From an uncultured Candidatus Micrarchaeota archaeon (GTDB lineage Archaea > Micrarchaeota > Micrarchaeia > Anstonellales > Bilamarchaeaceae), in NCBI GenBank assembly GCA_963714085.1, contig OY970229.1, positions 877,348-941,347 of the forward strand: 64,000 bases of DNA, in the 5' to 3' direction. The translations under genes were made by a program, and so were the position numbers. How positions within the stretch are numbered: the stretch's first letter is position 1; the number at the start of each line of letters is the position of its first letter. Shown here piece after piece: positions 45,957 to 55,370 of this stretch. The notes below the pieces were generated by a model. That model did not search any database. It was not told where the DNA came from and was given only the letters and a program-made list of their open reading frames with translations.

Positions 45957-47756
45957 TCATTCCGATACGGCGGGGTATTGCGCCCTTAATTCTTCCAGCG
46001 CGTGGATCGCGTTGTAGCCCTTCACAAAGGCCTCGATGGATGCTCTGACCGTGTCCGTGCCGACAACTGAAGACTCGACCTCCGATTCTCCCTTTTTGAC
46101 GCTCATGGTGATTCTTCCCCGGGCGTCGCTTCCCCCGCCTATCCCGTGGGATTCGTAGGACGAGATTTCCACGCCCGTGCCATTGCCTATGGCAGCCCGG
46201 ATCGCTTTTACTCCCGCATCCACAGGACCGTCTCCGCTGCTGTCCTCGCCAACGACGTCTTCTCCATTGACCCTGACCCTCACGCGCGCATAACGCCCCG
46301 CATCTCCGGTCCTGACCTCCTCGACGCGGACGTCATCGACCAGGCTGCACGGCTTGTCCATCACCGCGGCGTAAGTCATGAGGAGGAAGTCCGCGTCGCT
46401 CACCGCGCTGGCCGCGGCCATCTCCTTCACTGCAGCCAGGATGACCGGCACCGTATCCTGCGGGACGCTGATGCCGAATTCATCCAGCTTGAGGACGATG
46501 CTCTTGTTCCCGGCGAGCCCACCTACTTCGACAGTCTCCTTTCTGCCTATTATCTCCGGGGCGTAAGCTATGTACACACTTCCTCTGTCCCTTCTGTCAG
46601 ACTCTGCGTTCTGCGTGACGGTCTTTTTGCTTTTGAAAACCCCGTCGGCGTGGACGCCCGCCGTGTGCGACCCCGCCTTTATCCCGACGTACGACGCGTT
46701 CGGCGCAGGTCCGACCCCGAACCGTTCTGTCACGAAAGCGGACATCCTGGCCAGTTGGCTCACGTCAAAGTACTCAATGCCGTAGTTGAGGTACATATAC
46801 ATTGCCACCTGCTCCATCGACGCGTTCCCCGTCCTCTCGCCCACCCCGTGCATCGTGACCTGCGCCACGTCCACTCCGGCGAGCATGGCCGCGATCGTGT
46901 TCTGCACCGCCATGCCCATGTCGTTATGGCAGTGCACCTGGAGAGGCAGTTCGGGGATTTCCGAGCGGATATACGATATGAGGCCGTACATGTAGGCCGG
47001 GTCGCACACTCCGATGGTGTCCGGGATGTTGTACTGGATGCCATGGCCACCGGCTGCTTCGTATACCCTCTTCCCTACCTCCACGATATGGGCCGGGTCC
47101 GCCCTCGCCGCGTCCTCGAGCGACACTATGATGTTGCCGAACTCCCTTTGCCCGGGGTCGAAGCCCTTCCCCCTGGCGTATCTCACGCATTCCACGATAT
47201 GCTCTATGAGCTCTTCCGGCATCTTGTCGAATTTCACCCATGCGTGCGGGATGGAGCCAGAGGAGTAGATGTGCATAGTGTGCGCCTCCGCTTCTATCGC
47301 GGCGTCTATGTCCCTCTGCACCATGCGGCCGAGGCTGACGATTTCGGTCTTCATGCCGGCTTCCCGCACCATCCGCCTCACCGTCCTTATGGCCTCGATC
47401 TCGCCCGGGTTGCTCACTGCATTGCCGACCTCTATTATAGGTATGCCGCAGCGGGCCAGCATCATGCAGATGTCGACCTTGTTCTCGACCACCGACCTTC
47501 CGGTCTGCTCGGTGATGAAGGCCTCCCTGGTCTGCATGCCGTCCCTGGCCGTGGTCTCGAATAACTTCTTTCTTCTGAGCCTTGCTACGGTCTCCCCGTC
47601 CCGTGCGACCATGGCACGGCCATATCCGTCGGCATAAGGCCCTATCACCTCGAGATACTTGTTCTTTCTCTCTTCCCACCACCCGAATTTCCTCACCGCA
47701 TCCGGCATCGCCCTGATTGCCGGGCGCGCCATAACAATCCTTTGTCCGTTTTGCAT
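45957..47756 (-). CDS. leuA: 2-isopropylmalate synthase-family enzyme (DRE-TIM) with regulatory domain
   Basis: ETTARDGMQ, PDTIG, HCHNDMGMA, GVGERTGNA, HTAGVHADG and C-terminal GDGPVDA. A GAGGTG SD lies 6 nt before ATG 47756. Confidence 0.85.
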   Translation of the reverse strand: MQNGQRIVMARPAIRAMPDAVRKFGWWEERKNKYLEVIGPYADGYGRAMVARDGETVARLRRKKLFETTARDGMQTREAFITEQTGRSVVENKVDICMMLARCGIPIIEVGNAVSNPGEIEAIRTVRRMVREAGMKTEIVSLGRMVQRDIDAAIEAEAHTMHIYSSGSIPHAWVKFDKMPEELIEHIVECVRYARGKGFDPGQREFGNIIVSLEDAARADPAHIVEVGKRVYEAAGGHGIQYNIPDTIGVCDPAYMYGLISYIRSEIPELPLQVHCHNDMGMAVQNTIAAMLAGVDVAQVTMHGVGERTGNASMEQVAMYMYLNYGIEYFDVSQLARMSAFVTERFGVGPAPNASYVGIKAGSHTAGVHADGVFKSKKTVTQNAESDRRDRGSVYIAYAPEIIGRKETVEVGGLAGNKSIVLKLDEFGISVPQDTVPVILAAVKEMAAASAVSDADFLLMTYAAVMDKPCSLVDDVRVEEVRTGDAGRYARVRVRVNGEDVVGEDSSGDGPVDAGVKAIRAAIGNGTGVEISSYESHGIGGGSDARGRITMSVKKGESEVESSVVGTDTVRASIEAFVKGYNAIHALEELRAQYPAVSE

Positions 47757-47757
47757 G

Positions 47758-47861
47758 AACCACACCTCTTTTTTTGTTTTTCACGACGCAGGAAAAAAGC
47801 AAGGCTAAGGGTATTTTTTCTATAAATCCGGGGTTCTAAGTGTGGTGTGGCCGCTAGGCCA
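47758..47861 (-). promoter_or_regulatory. Putative attenuator: anti-SD/SD helix and competing hairpin
   Basis: GGCCACACC (47844-47852) pairs with GGTGTGGTT (47758-47766). TGGCC-TAGC-GGCCA (47848-47861) competes for the anti-SD. Confidence 0.65.
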
Positions 47862-47922
47862 GCAAAAGGAGCAGGCTGAGCGTGATGGAATTAGAGCTGA
47901 TTTTTCCGCTCATGGCTTGCAT
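47854..47922 (-). CDS. Leu-rich leader peptide (LeuL-like, not in ORF track)
   Basis: MQAMSGKISSNSITLSLLLLLA*, with Leu run CTG CTC CTT TTG CTG. A TTTAAAAA TATA-like box lies about 25 nt upstream of the ATG. Confidence 0.75.
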   Translation of the reverse strand: MQAMSGKISSNSITLSLLLLLA

Positions 47923-47969
47923 ACTGGTTCTTTGTGTAAGCAAGATTTTTTAAAGGCTACCTGCCGCGC

Positions 47970-48245
47970 CTAATCCGATTTTATCCACGTCTGGTAGTCC
48001 TTCATGCTCATCTCTATGGGCATGCCGCTGTAGCCGCATTTCGGGCAGTTGATCTTGCTCGCCATGGAAGTCGTGCCCATGAGGGAGAGTGAGTCCATCT
48101 CGTAGTCCCCTTCGCTCACCGGTCGCTTGCACTTCGGGCAGACAAGGACGTCGTGGCTCTCGTCGCCTTTCTCGGCCTTCTCTATCTCCTTGTCCTCCTC
48201 ATCGATTTCCTTGTCGAGCTCCTCTTCTTCGGTTTTCTTGGCCAT
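47970..48245 (-). CDS. Small Zn-ribbon protein with acidic N-terminus
   Basis: CPKC...CPKCG. Start trimmed to MAKKTEEE. Confidence 0.7.
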   Translation of the reverse strand: MAKKTEEEELDKEIDEEDKEIEKAEKGDESHDVLVCPKCKRPVSEGDYEMDSLSLMGTTSMASKINCPKCGYSGMPIEMSMKDYQTWIKSD

Positions 48246-48312
48246 GTGATCATCTTCATTTGTTTCTTCGGGGAAGTTAATAAAGATTGCCTGAGACTCA
48301 TGTCCGAGGTCT

Positions 48313-51300
48313 ATGAGGCGCATCGTCCTCCTGTTGTTATTGGTATCCATCGCGTTCGCGTCCAATGTCACCACCAGTCCGCAGGATGCTGCGTATAACA
48401 CTGCCAATGTCACTGGACCGTCCCATGATTATTACATCGTCAGCTTCAACGGGCCCATAACCGACGCGCAAAGGGCCAGCGTGGAATCCTCGGGATTGGA
48501 AATCGTTGGCTATGCCGGGGACTACTCCTATGTCGCGAGGACGCCCATCGGAGCCGTCCCCACAGCCTCGGGTTTCAGCATCGAGAAGATGGGGAACAAA
48601 CCGATGAAAGCCATGTCAAGCATGGCCTTGGCGACAAACAGCACGCTTTTGGAAAACATAATCGTGGTTCTCTACCCTGGCGAGGATGCCGACGGGATGG
48701 TGAACGCGATAAGCGCCATAGCGCCCGCGGAAAAGTACGATGAAAAGACTGTAGTCGTCCCATCCGCCACCGAGGACCAGCTTTCGGAGATACGTTCCAT
48801 TCCCGGGGTCATAGGAGCCGATCCCAAGATGCCAAATCAAGTCTTCAATAATTACGCGGCACCGGTACTTGGTGTGAGCGATGTCTGGTCACGGCTCGGT
48901 CTGAACGGGAACAGCACGATTGTGGCGATTGGGGATACTGGCCTCGACACCGGAAACCTATCCACGATGCATATTGATTTCCGTGGGAGGGTCAACATAA
49001 GCGCATGGTGCGACGGGGCAGGGCATGGCTATACATGTTCTGGTAATCCGACTGGCAAGGACCTGATGGGTCACGGAACGCACGTTTGCGGTTCGGTTCT
49101 CGGGGGCGGGAACGCGAGTGGCGGTGTAATCAAAGGCATGGCGTTTGGGGCCAAGCTGTTCATGCAAAGCCTTAATCCTGACGGGACCGATAGCATTTAC
49201 ACGCCAGACAACCTGGAGCTGTTATTCAATGAATCGTACAATGCCAATGCTAGTTTGCACTCGGATTCCTGGGGTGATAATTACTATCACTATGATAGCT
49301 CTAGCTCATATTTCATAGATGATTTTTCATACCAACATCCAGATTTCCTAATCCTTTTCGCAGCAAGCAACAATGGATCGGCTGGTGCAGACACAATATC
49401 CTCTGAGGGCCAAGCTAAGAACGACATAACCGTAGGTGCTGTCGGAACTACACGAACGACTCCCTCAGACCCATATTCTACTGGTCCTGGCGTCGTTTCA
49501 TCATTCTCATCAATAGGTCCGACATCTGATGGTAGGTACAAGCCAGACCTCATGGCTCCGGGAGACAACATACTTTCCACCAAGTCATCTGCCACGGGGG
49601 TCTGGGCCTGCAATACGGCATGCGGTAGCGCATGTAATTCCTCATATGCGTCTTCCTATGCGTTTTGCTCAGGCACTTCCATGGCGACCCCGTTGTCAAC
49701 CGGAAGCGCAACGCTGGTCCGGGATTATCTGATAAAAAACATGTCCATGGTAGATCCTCCGTCCGCCCTGATTAAAGCTATTCTCATCGCCGGGGCCGAA
49801 GACCTGCCTTCCTATGGCGCTTCCCCGAATTTCAACTCCGGTTTTGGAAGGATCAACCTTTCGGAATCGCTTCCACAAGGAAAGCAGGTAATGAACTTCA
49901 CTTTGGGGAACATAAGCACCAATACTTCGATCTCTCTGCAGTACCATTTCAGGACCAGCAACAGAACAAGATTCGCGCTTGTTTGGACGGACCCTGCTTG
50001 CATAAGCAGTTGTGACGCCAAGGCGCTGGTGAACGACCTTGACCTCGCCGTGACGCTTCCGAACGGGACTCTCTTCTACGGTAACAGCAGGGGAAACAGT
50101 TCCGCAGGGCCTGACAGGAAGAACAATGTGGAAATGGTGGAGCTCAACCCGGTGCCCGGGCGGTATACCGTGAACGTCTCAGGGTATAGTGTGCCGATTG
50201 GACCGCAGGCATTCTCTTTGGTTGTAATTGGCGGAATCGACCCGGATGCGCCGAGCATCAGCATCTCCAGCCCGGCGAATACGACCTATTTCGTTAACAC
50301 TGTCAACCTAACTTTCCAGGTCAACGACAGCGACCTGAATTCCTGCTGGTATTCTCTCAACGGAGCGGGCCCTACCGCGCTGCCTAACTGTTCCAATACG
50401 ACCATCGGCCCCGTAGTGGACAATAGTTACAATCTCTCCGTATTCGCCAACGACTCGGGAGGGAATGTGAACAGCTCGAACGTAACGTTCGTCATAGCCG
50501 CAGCACCGAACGTAATCATCAACTCCCCGGTCAACACGACGTACAATTACGCTTCCATCCCTATCGACATCAACGTGACCGCTCCCACGAACGTCAGCGC
50601 GACATGGTTCTTCAACGGCACAGTGAACGAAACCTACAACGGAACGGTGAACCGGACTTACAGCGACGGGCAACACACCCTCATCGCATACGCGAACGAT
50701 ACGCTCGGAGATAACTCAAGCGTCAGCGTCTCATTCACAGTGGACACGACCCCGCCGATTGCCAACCAGATATTTCCCCTGCAAGGTTATCTCACCAATG
50801 CTTCGGCAATAAACTTCAGCTTCACAGCTGTCGACAACCTGTCAACAACCATGAACTGCTCGTTGTACATCGACAATTTCCTGAATCGGTCGAATGCAAC
50901 GACTCAGAACAATACGCTAACTAATTTTTCAGTCTTGGGCATACCAGACGGCAGGCACAACTGGAGCATAAGCTGCACCGACCAGGCGAACAATACCAAT
51001 ATGAGCGCGACCAGTAATTTCACAGTGGACACAACGCCCCCAAGCACCATCCAAATATTCCCTTTGCAAGGCTACCTCACCAACGTCTCAACGATAAACT
51101 TCAGCTTCACCGCAGTAGACAACCTGGCCTCGATAATGAACTGCTCGTTGTACATCGACAATTTCCTGAATCGGTCGAATGCAACGACTCAGAACAATAC
51201 GCTAACTAATTTTTCAGTCTTGGGCATACCAGACGGCAGGCACAACTGGAGCATAAGCTGCACCGACCAGGCGAACAATACCAATATGAGCGCGACCAGT

Positions 51301-53025
51301 AATTTCACAGTGGATACGACCGCCCCGATGATCATCCTCAACTCACCCGCCAACCTATCCTTGTTCAACATCCAGAACGTAACCTTCAACTTCACCACGG
51401 TGGACAATCTGGCTCCACCAATGAACTGCTCGATTTTCCTAGACAACGTCCTGAACTCGACCAACCCATTGGTGAACAACGACACAGCGGCCAGCTTTCT
51501 GATTAGTGGCATAAGCGACGGCAACCACACCTGGTACGTTGCGTGCACTGATAACGCCAATAACACAGGCCCGAGCGCAACCTGGAACTTCAGCGTCGGC
51601 ACGATTCCGCCAACAATCTCAGGCATCTCAAACATAATCCAGACAGCGACCAACCTGACTTCGAACGTGACTTACAGCCCCACCGCAAAAGACGAGTACA
51701 ACGCCTCCGTCAACGTGTCATGCACACCTGCTTCCGGCTCACTATTCCCAATCGGAACTACTATGGTGAACTGCACCGCAACCGACGCCTACAACAACGC
51801 GGCTAATGAATCATTCAACGTGACCGAGAACCCGGGCGCAACGGCCCCGACAATCTCAAACATCCAGAACATAACTGATACCGCAGTGACTCCTGCCGGA
51901 ACTATAGAGAATTACACCCCCACAGCGGAGGACGAGTACAACGCATCGGTCAACGTGTCATGCACGCCTCCATCTGGGTCACTCTTCCCGATAGGGACTA
52001 CGCATGTGAACTGCAGCGCGACGGACATCTACGGCAACACGGCCAATGCGGCATTCAACGTGACGGAGAACACAAACCCACCGAACATAGCGCTCAGCAG
52101 CCCTGCAAACGGAGCTTCTTACACGTCAAGCGCGCCCCTCAACGTGACCTTCAACTTCACGGCGACTGAACCGGCGACTCCAACAATGAACTGCTCGCTT
52201 TACCTGGGCGGGCTGCTCAACTACACTAATGATAGCGTCGTAGGTGGCTTCCCCAACCAGATAATCGTGCTGATGGAGCTCGGAAGCCATATCTGGAACG
52301 TCACCTGCCAGGATATCTACAATAATACGAACTCATCAGCGACCTACGGCTTCACGATAGCTGCACCTGCGCCGGCCCCGGCGCCTTCGTCCGGAGGAGG
52401 CGGGGGTGGCGGAGGAGGCGGCGGTGGGGGTGGTGGAGGCGGTGGCGGAGGTGGCGGCGGCGCAGCGATCGCACCCACGGCGAACATCACACTCGAGCAT
52501 CCAATCCCTTCGGCAAACGCGTGCAAGCTTGACAGAGACTGCAATAGCAGCGATGCCTGCTTCGGCGGCATATGCAGGCAGCTGAACGGCACATGCGGTT
52601 TCGCCGCCAACCATACCTGGAATTCGTATCAATGCTGCTCCGACGCCATGTGCCCCACGGACTCCGAGTGCAACAACAACTCCTGCGTCATCTACGAGGC
52701 GCCCCAGGTCCAGCCTGAGGTCGAGAACAAGACGGTGTATGTGACGGAGCAGCCGTGCCAATGCAGGCTCTTCGGGATGTGCTCGCCGACCGGCTCGCCG
52801 ACTATAGCAGGCAGCTGCTGGTACAACCCCGCGATTGCCGCCATCGTTGCAATCATAATACTCGGCTTCGCGTACCGCATCGCGACCATGATAAATATCG
52901 GGCGCGGGAAAGCGGAGACCAATACCCAAGAGCCCAAAGGCGGGGGAACACCTGGCAAAAAGCACAAGAGGAAGAGGAAAGCGCAAACTGCAGCGTCTTC
53001 CACGCCGCCCATGAGCGGGGCATAG
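48313..53025 (+). CDS. Membrane-anchored S8 subtilase with Ig-like/HYR repeats, poly-Gly linker and Cys-rich module
   Basis: Signal peptide, catalytic triad GDTGLD / HGTHVCG / GTSMATP, KPDLMAPG, repeats, and a C-terminal TM with basic tail. Confidence 0.92.
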   Translation: MRRIVLLLLLVSIAFASNVTTSPQDAAYNTANVTGPSHDYYIVSFNGPITDAQRASVESSGLEIVGYAGDYSYVARTPIGAVPTASGFSIEKMGNKPMKAMSSMALATNSTLLENIIVVLYPGEDADGMVNAISAIAPAEKYDEKTVVVPSATEDQLSEIRSIPGVIGADPKMPNQVFNNYAAPVLGVSDVWSRLGLNGNSTIVAIGDTGLDTGNLSTMHIDFRGRVNISAWCDGAGHGYTCSGNPTGKDLMGHGTHVCGSVLGGGNASGGVIKGMAFGAKLFMQSLNPDGTDSIYTPDNLELLFNESYNANASLHSDSWGDNYYHYDSSSSYFIDDFSYQHPDFLILFAASNNGSAGADTISSEGQAKNDITVGAVGTTRTTPSDPYSTGPGVVSSFSSIGPTSDGRYKPDLMAPGDNILSTKSSATGVWACNTACGSACNSSYASSYAFCSGTSMATPLSTGSATLVRDYLIKNMSMVDPPSALIKAILIAGAEDLPSYGASPNFNSGFGRINLSESLPQGKQVMNFTLGNISTNTSISLQYHFRTSNRTRFALVWTDPACISSCDAKALVNDLDLAVTLPNGTLFYGNSRGNSSAGPDRKNNVEMVELNPVPGRYTVNVSGYSVPIGPQAFSLVVIGGIDPDAPSISISSPANTTYFVNTVNLTFQVNDSDLNSCWYSLNGAGPTALPNCSNTTIGPVVDNSYNLSVFANDSGGNVNSSNVTFVIAAAPNVIINSPVNTTYNYASIPIDINVTAPTNVSATWFFNGTVNETYNGTVNRTYSDGQHTLIAYANDTLGDNSSVSVSFTVDTTPPIANQIFPLQGYLTNASAINFSFTAVDNLSTTMNCSLYIDNFLNRSNATTQNNTLTNFSVLGIPDGRHNWSISCTDQANNTNMSATSNFTVDTTPPSTIQIFPLQGYLTNVSTINFSFTAVDNLASIMNCSLYIDNFLNRSNATTQNNTLTNFSVLGIPDGRHNWSISCTDQANNTNMSATSNFTVDTTAPMIILNSPANLSLFNIQNVTFNFTTVDNLAPPMNCSIFLDNVLNSTNPLVNNDTAASFLISGISDGNHTWYVACTDNANNTGPSATWNFSVGTIPPTISGISNIIQTATNLTSNVTYSPTAKDEYNASVNVSCTPASGSLFPIGTTMVNCTATDAYNNAANESFNVTENPGATAPTISNIQNITDTAVTPAGTIENYTPTAEDEYNASVNVSCTPPSGSLFPIGTTHVNCSATDIYGNTANAAFNVTENTNPPNIALSSPANGASYTSSAPLNVTFNFTATEPATPTMNCSLYLGGLLNYTNDSVVGGFPNQIIVLMELGSHIWNVTCQDIYNNTNSSATYGFTIAAPAPAPAPSSGGGGGGGGGGGGGGGGGGGGGGGAAIAPTANITLEHPIPSANACKLDRDCNSSDACFGGICRQLNGTCGFAANHTWNSYQCCSDAMCPTDSECNNNSCVIYEAPQVQPEVENKTVYVTEQPCQCRLFGMCSPTGSPTIAGSCWYNPAIAAIVAIIILGFAYRIATMINIGRGKAETNTQEPKGGGTPGKKHKRKRKAQTAASSTPPMSGA
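50851..51314 (+). repeat. 179-bp exact direct repeat within a 285-bp (95-aa) tandem Ig-like unit
   Basis: 50851-51029 is identical to 51136-51314 by manual comparison. Confidence 0.9.
51679..52071 (+). repeat. Two HYR-like domain repeats (240-nt period)
   Basis: PTA.DEYNASVNVSCTP.SGSLFPIGTT.VNC.ATD occurs twice. Confidence 0.8.
52393..52461 (+). repeat. Poly-glycine tract (23 codons)
   Basis: A GGN run of mixed codons following a PAPAPAP linker. Confidence 0.9.
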
Positions 53026-53118
53026 CGCTGCGATATGGTTTATATTCCTAACTGGAGACTTCCTTTAGTAGTCCCGATGCAAAACGGATGATCGTATCAA
53101 AAAGAGGCATGTGAGCGT

Positions 53119-54090
53119 ATGGCGATAATCAGCTGCAAGGCCCTCACGAAACGGTATGAGACCAAGGTCGTCGCAGTGGACGCGCTGGACCTGGACATAG
53201 AGGAGGGTGAGGTCTTCGGCCTGCTGGGCCCGAACGGCGCAGGCAAGACTACGACCATCTCCATGCTCTGCACGCTCATACATTCCACTTCGGGGCAGGC
53301 CCTGGTGGCCGGCTTCGACATAAAGAAGCAGCCCTCCGAGGTGAGGCGGAACATAGGGATCGTGTTCCAGGAGCCCAGCGTGGACGATTTGCTCACCGGC
53401 AGGGAGAACCTCGAGCTCCACGGCAGGCTCTATAACATGAAGGACCTGGACAGGAACGCGCGCATAAAGGAGATGCTCGAGCTGGTCGGGCTCACCGACC
53501 GCGCGGACGACCTTGTCAGGGAATACTCAGGAGGCATGCGCAGGCGCTTAGAGATCGCCCGCGGCCTCATGCACAGGCCGAAGGTGCTTTTCCTCGATGA
53601 GCCTACGCTGGGCCTGGACCCGCAGAGCAGGACGCACATCTGGGATTACATCAAGAAATTGTCCAAGGAGCACGGCACGACCATGGTGCTCACCACCCAC
53701 TACATGGAGGAGGCGGACCTCCTCTGCAACCGCATAGGCATTATCGATTTAGGCAAGATAATCGCGCTCGGCACCCCGCGCGAGCTCAAGAGCAAGATCG
53801 GGGAGGACATCGTCAGGCTGAAAGGGGTGGTGGACCCGGCCCCGATCAAGAAGCTCAAATTCGTGAAGAAGGTCGCCCAGTCGGACGGCGTGACCACGGT
53901 CGCGCTGGTGGACGCGCCCGCGAATCTCCAGGCCCTGCTGAAAGTCATAGGCAAGGTCGACTACGTGGAGGTGCGCGAGGTCACGCTCAACGACGTGTTC
54001 CTCCATTACACCGGCAAGGAGATACACAAGGAGGAGGGCGAGGGCGGCTGGTTCGAGCGCGTGGCGCGCTCAGGTGGTAACCGTGCTTGA
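53119..54090 (+). CDS. ABC exporter ATP-binding protein (DrrA-like)
   Basis: GPNGAGKT, YSGGMRRR, FLDEPT and LTTHY motifs. Confidence 0.95.
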   Translation: MAIISCKALTKRYETKVVAVDALDLDIEEGEVFGLLGPNGAGKTTTISMLCTLIHSTSGQALVAGFDIKKQPSEVRRNIGIVFQEPSVDDLLTGRENLELHGRLYNMKDLDRNARIKEMLELVGLTDRADDLVREYSGGMRRRLEIARGLMHRPKVLFLDEPTLGLDPQSRTHIWDYIKKLSKEHGTTMVLTTHYMEEADLLCNRIGIIDLGKIIALGTPRELKSKIGEDIVRLKGVVDPAPIKKLKFVKKVAQSDGVTTVALVDAPANLQALLKVIGKVDYVEVREVTLNDVFLHYTGKEIHKEEGEGGWFERVARSGGNRA

Positions 54091-54847
54091 ATTCCATGGC
54101 ATATACGCGGTGTGGAAGCGCGAGCTGCTGGTCTACCTTAGGGAGAAGGAGAGGGTGATAGGCTCCTTCGTGTCCCCGCTGCTCTGGCTCTTTGTGTTCG
54201 GGAGCGGCGTAGGCGCCAGCATGTACGCCGGCACAGCGATAACCGGAAGCTACCAGGCGTACATATTCCCGGGCATACTCACGATGTCCGTGCTCTTCGT
54301 GTCCATGTTCTACGGATTGTACATCATCTGGGACAGGAGGCTCGACTTCCTCAAGGAGGTCCTCGTTGCGCCGGTCTCGCGGAGCAGCATATTCGTCGGG
54401 AAGGTGTCCGGAGGGATGTCCGATTCGCTCATCCAGGGCTTCATAATCATGGTCATAGGCGCGATTTTCATAGTCAGCCTCAGCCCGCTGCAGTTCATCG
54501 GGACGCTGCTCATACTCGCGCTGCTGACCTACTTCACGACCAGTCTCGGCCTGATAATAGGCGCCAGCCTGGAGACCCAGGAGGGCTTCGCGCTTGTGAT
54601 GAACTTCGTCATGTGGCCCATGTTCTTCTTCAGCGGCGCGCTGTTCCCGGTCTCCCAGCTTCCGGCGTACCTGAAGCCCATCAGCCTGATCAACCCGGTC
54701 ACCTACGCTGTGGACGCCCTGCGGACCGTGGTCCTCGGGCAGTCCATCTTCCCGTTCTATCTGGACATCGTCATCCTGGTTGCGTTCTCCTTCGTGGCCT
54801 CGATAATAGGGGTAATGTCCTTCGGGAACCTGCAGCAGGCGAAATAG
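54083..54847 (+). CDS. ABC-2 type permease (DrrB-like)
   Basis: DRRLDFLKEVLVAP, FSGALFP and NPVTYAVD motifs. Confidence 0.93.
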   Translation: MLEFHGIYAVWKRELLVYLREKERVIGSFVSPLLWLFVFGSGVGASMYAGTAITGSYQAYIFPGILTMSVLFVSMFYGLYIIWDRRLDFLKEVLVAPVSRSSIFVGKVSGGMSDSLIQGFIIMVIGAIFIVSLSPLQFIGTLLILALLTYFTTSLGLIIGASLETQEGFALVMNFVMWPMFFFSGALFPVSQLPAYLKPISLINPVTYAVDALRTVVLGQSIFPFYLDIVILVAFSFVASIIGVMSFGNLQQAK

Positions 54848-54848
54848 G

Positions 54849-55316
54849 CTATCTGAGCTTCGCTGCGAAATCCCTGATCTTTATCCGGAAAGAGTCTTTC
54901 CCGGCCTCGCTGGCGGAGAGCGCGAGCGTGGCCAGGGGACCGATTCCGCACACGGAGGCCATCTCGCGGAACGCGTCCTCGCTTCCTGTGCTGCCCTGCG
55001 TGCAGAAGAACGCGACTTTCCTCAGCGATGCTTTATTGGCGCTCAGATACGTCCGTATGGGCGTGGAGACGTTCCATCCCCAGACCGGGGTCCCGATGAT
55101 CACGAGCTCGTATCGCGACGGATCTGACCTCATCTCCTTGATCCTCGTCAGGGCCTTCGTGCTCGAGTCCTTGCCGGCCATGATGAACCCCATCACGCCG
55201 TTCCTGTCCTTGGTGTCGAAAATCTCCTCGATATCGCATTTGAGCTCCGCAGCCAAGGCCTCCGCGACTTTCTTCGTTGTTCCGGTCCTGGAGTAATATA
55301 TTATCAGGGTCTTCAT
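54849..55316 (-). CDS. Flavodoxin
   Basis: YYSRTGTTKKVA, GTPVW and FFCT motifs. Start trimmed to MKTLII. Confidence 0.92.
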   Translation of the reverse strand: MKTLIIYYSRTGTTKKVAEALAAELKCDIEEIFDTKDRNGVMGFIMAGKDSSTKALTRIKEMRSDPSRYELVIIGTPVWGWNVSTPIRTYLSANKASLRKVAFFCTQGSTGSEDAFREMASVCGIGPLATLALSASEAGKDSFRIKIRDFAAKLR

Positions 55317-55370
55317 GCAATCCCTTTCTCCTGCCTGGTTTTTATCGCTTATGTGCCAATATAACGATTT

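Noticed and set aside
46146-47564. Long antisense ORFs (also 36764-38077, 5136-5960, 30411-31241, 58843-59763, 62217-63227)
   Set aside because: They lie opposite well-supported genes, which is expected from GC-biased codon usage, and show no family motifs.
52344-52610. Poly-proline ORF on the minus strand
   Set aside because: It is simply the reverse complement of the subtilase poly-Gly tract.
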